Positions 61,966 through 64,000 of a stretch of 64,000 bases of DNA are shown here, piece after piece. This stretch comes from Gemmatimonadota bacterium. Its GTDB lineage: Bacteria; Gemmatimonadota; Gemmatimonadetes; Gemmatimonadales; GWC2-71-9. Where the stretch lies: positions 4,763 to 68,762 of the forward strand of contig JANMXA010000173.1 of assembly GCA_031394255.1 (NCBI GenBank). The letters run 5' to 3'. Each line of letters starts with the position of its first letter. The stretch's first letter is position 1. A program made the position numbers and the translations under genes. The notes under the pieces are model-generated. The model saw only the letters and a program-made list of their open reading frames with translations, searched no databases and was not told where the DNA came from.

Positions 61966-64000
61966 TCAGGCCTCCGATCCGTACTCGACACGGGCCAGAT
62001 ACGTGACGGCCGGCCGGGTATTCAATTCCTCAAGCACGTGGTAGCCTCGGGGGTTCTTGGCCGCCTGGACCACTCGGCTGGCGGGGTCCTTGACGTTGCC
62101 GAAGGTGATGGCGCCGGACGCACAGGCCTGGGCGCAGGCCGTGACCACGTCGCCGTCCGCGACCGCCCGATCCTCGAGCCGGGCCGTGTTCTGGGCGCCG
62201 CGAATCCGCTGGATGCAGAAGGTGCACTTCTCCATCACCCCGCGGGCTCGCACCGTGACGTCGGGGTTGAGCTGGAGATTCAGGGGTTCGACAAAGGCCC
62301 GCTTGGCGTAGGCGTACCAGTTGTAGTAGCGAACCTTGTACGGGCAGTTGTTGGCGCAGTACCGCGTTCCCACGCAGCGGTTGTAGACCTGGCCGTTCAA
62401 TCCGTCCGCCGTGTGATACGCCGCGTACACGGGGCAAACCGGTTCACAGGGGGCCGCGTCGCACTGCTGGCAGAGCATCGGGATGACCCGCGCCTTGATC
62501 GGCTCGCCGTCTTCCCCGCCTTCGAAGTACCGCTCGATCCGCATCCATGAAAGTTCGCGGCCGCGGAAGATGTCTTCCTCACCAACCCACGGGATATTGT
62601 TCTCGGCCGAGCAGGCGGTGACGCAGGCCGAGCACCCCGTGCAGCGTGCGAGGTCGATGACCATGCCCCACTGCGGGTTGTCGAGCGCATAGGCACCGTA
62701 CCTCCGCTCCTCGAGCTGACCTTCCCGGAAGCCCTTGATCGCTTCGGCTTCACGCTCCGGGTTGACCTCATGCTCACCCTTCCCCGCCGCCTGGTAGGCC
62801 TGCTGGATCGTGAGACCCTTCACGGCTGCCGCCAGCGGGATCGCCTCGGTAATGCCGCGGCCGAGTTCCCGGGGATTGCCCTCGGTCTTGGCGACCTTGC
62901 GGAATCGCCCGGTCTTCTCGGCCTTCACCCTGGTGGAGAGATACGGCAGGAAACCCTGGCCATCCTTCGCGGACAGCAGATCGAGCGCGTTGACGCCCCG
63001 GCCCTGCGCGTACCGGCCATACTCGGTGTGACCGAGGCCGAGTGGCATGGCCAGCACGTCCCTGGCAATCCCAGGATAGACGTAGACGGAGGCCTCGATC
63101 GATCCCGCCGGCGAGTTGAGCCGGAGGATCTCACCTTCGCGGATGTCCATCTCCCTGGCCGTTTCCGGGTTGATCTCGATCCAGGACTGCCAGGTGATTC
63201 TGGTGACCGGATCGGGGTTCTCGAGCAGCCACGGCCGGTTGGCGCCACGCCCGTCGTGATACATCGAACTCGGGTACGGGGCGAAGAGGAGGCCCTCGCC
63301 GTCGAACGCGGGCTTCTCCGACTTAATGTCGCCGGCGCCCGCCGCCAGCTTGATGGTGGCTGGCGCCGGGGCGGCATCGTACAACCCGCCGTTGGCGAGG
63401 GCGCCCCGCCAGAACGTGTCGAAGTCAGCGGCCCCGCGCGCCTTGGCCACGCCGGCCCAGATTCCCTTGAGGTGGGCTTCGTAGGTCGGGGCGGTAAACG
63501 CTGCCCCGGCCGCTCCGCCGATCTTCCGCGCGACCTGCAACAGGACATCCCCCGCGGCCATGTTCTTGAACACCGGCTCCATGACCGGTTGCACGAGACC
63601 ATGGACTCCGGCACGCGGCCGGCTGTCGTCCCACCGTTCCAGCGAGTGGAGTGACGGCAGCACCAGATCACAGGCGGCAGCCGTCTCGTCCCAGAACATC
63701 GAGGTGGTCGCCCTGAAGCGCACCTTTGCCAGCGCCGCCCGGAACCCGCCGCTCTTGGGCAGGGTGTAGAGCGGATTCGTGTCGTGGAAGATCACGGCGT
63801 CGATCTCGCCCGCATTCATCGCCCGCTCGAGTTCGAGCATCGCCCCGTACCCGCTGCCGCTCCCCATCCCGAAGCCGAAGTGCACGGTCTTGCCGACGTT
63901 GCCCGCCACGTAGTTCAAGACATTGACCGCCGCGCACAACTCGGCCGCACCCCGGTGCTGGGCCCCAATGCCACCGGCAACGGCAAGGGACGGAGCCGCC
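61966..64000 (-). CDS. actB: alternative complex III subunit ActB (molybdopterin-oxidoreductase-like domain fused to 4Fe-4S ferredoxin domain), 5'-truncated by window edge
   Basis: The reading frame stays open past the first in-window start to position 64000. C-terminal Cys clusters are 'CTGCSACVTAC', 'CQQCDAAPCEPVCP', 'CVGTRYCANNCP' and 'CTFCIQR'. Confidence 0.9.
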   Translation of the reverse strand, partial: AAPSLAVAGGIGAQHRGAAELCAAVNVLNYVAGNVGKTVHFGFGMGSGSGYGAMLELERAMNAGEIDAVIFHDTNPLYTLPKSGGFRAALAKVRFRATTSMFWDETAAACDLVLPSLHSLERWDDSRPRAGVHGLVQPVMEPVFKNMAAGDVLLQVARKIGGAAGAAFTAPTYEAHLKGIWAGVAKARGAADFDTFWRGALANGGLYDAAPAPATIKLAAGAGDIKSEKPAFDGEGLLFAPYPSSMYHDGRGANRPWLLENPDPVTRITWQSWIEINPETAREMDIREGEILRLNSPAGSIEASVYVYPGIARDVLAMPLGLGHTEYGRYAQGRGVNALDLLSAKDGQGFLPYLSTRVKAEKTGRFRKVAKTEGNPRELGRGITEAIPLAAAVKGLTIQQAYQAAGKGEHEVNPEREAEAIKGFREGQLEERRYGAYALDNPQWGMVIDLARCTGCSACVTACSAENNIPWVGEEDIFRGRELSWMRIERYFEGGEDGEPIKARVIPMLCQQCDAAPCEPVCPVYAAYHTADGLNGQVYNRCVGTRYCANNCPYKVRYYNWYAYAKRAFVEPLNLQLNPDVTVRARGVMEKCTFCIQRIRGAQNTARLEDRAVADGDVVTACAQACASGAITFGNVKDPASRVVQAAKNPRGYHVLEELNTRPAVTYLARVEYGSEA

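Noticed and set aside
1-64000. Search for rRNA, tRNA, CRISPR arrays, transposases/integrases, phage genes and compositional (low-GC) islands
   Set aside because: No cloverleaf-like or rRNA-like conserved sequence in any gap longer than 80 bp. No regularly spaced direct repeats. No ORF with DDE, tyrosine/serine recombinase or phage structural motifs. The only AT-rich stretches are promoter/operator patches under 100 bp.

Overview
GC-rich bacterial chromosomal window (roughly two-thirds G+C by eye, not computed), very densely coded. I call about 65 protein-coding genes. Many have 4-nt ATGA/GTGA stop-start overlaps, and five convergent gene pairs overlap at their 3' ends. I found no rRNA, tRNA, CRISPR array, transposase, integrase or prophage signature. 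The only AT-rich patches are short intergenic promoter/operator regions. The taxon cannot be assigned without a database search; the gene repertoire (alternative complex III, sigma/anti-sigma/DUF4097 modules, beta-propeller lipoproteins) is reminiscent of Gemmatimonadota/Acidobacteriota-like genomes, which is inference only. Housekeeping and metabolic genes include: YajQ, an RpoD-family sigma factor, aldehyde dehydrogenase, an NtrC-type regulator, ThpR, LarE, ArfB, a MarR operon, 5-oxoprolinase pxpABC, ComM/YifB, a penicillin-acylase-family Ntn hydrolase, and a D-aminoacylase-GntR-permease operon. Most notable observations: (1) A translationally coupled four-gene cluster at 49.7-53.8 kb: a serine-palmitoyltransferase-like alpha-oxoamine synthase, a GNAT acyltransferase, an NAD-dependent epimerase-family reductase and a PAP2/IPC-synthase-like membrane protein. 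It matches the logic of the bacterial ceramide pathway (Spt, bCerS, CerR) plus a candidate head-group transferase, and its GNAT gene has no canonical start codon. (2) An alternative complex III operon (actB partial, actCDEF) near a lipoprotein cupredoxin, whose promoter region carries a perfect TGTGA-N6-TCACA CRP/FNR-type site. (3) A seven-gene TetR-TolC-MFP-RND-unknown-ABC operon with an uncharacterised 148-aa cytoplasmic protein wedged between the two pumps. (4) A tight operon of a secreted M6 metalloprotease, a small lipoprotein and a Tat-signal molybdopterin subunit that lacks its usual 2Fe-2S partner. (5) Several perfect palindromic operators placed next to their likely cognate regulators (MarR, GntR, RHH).
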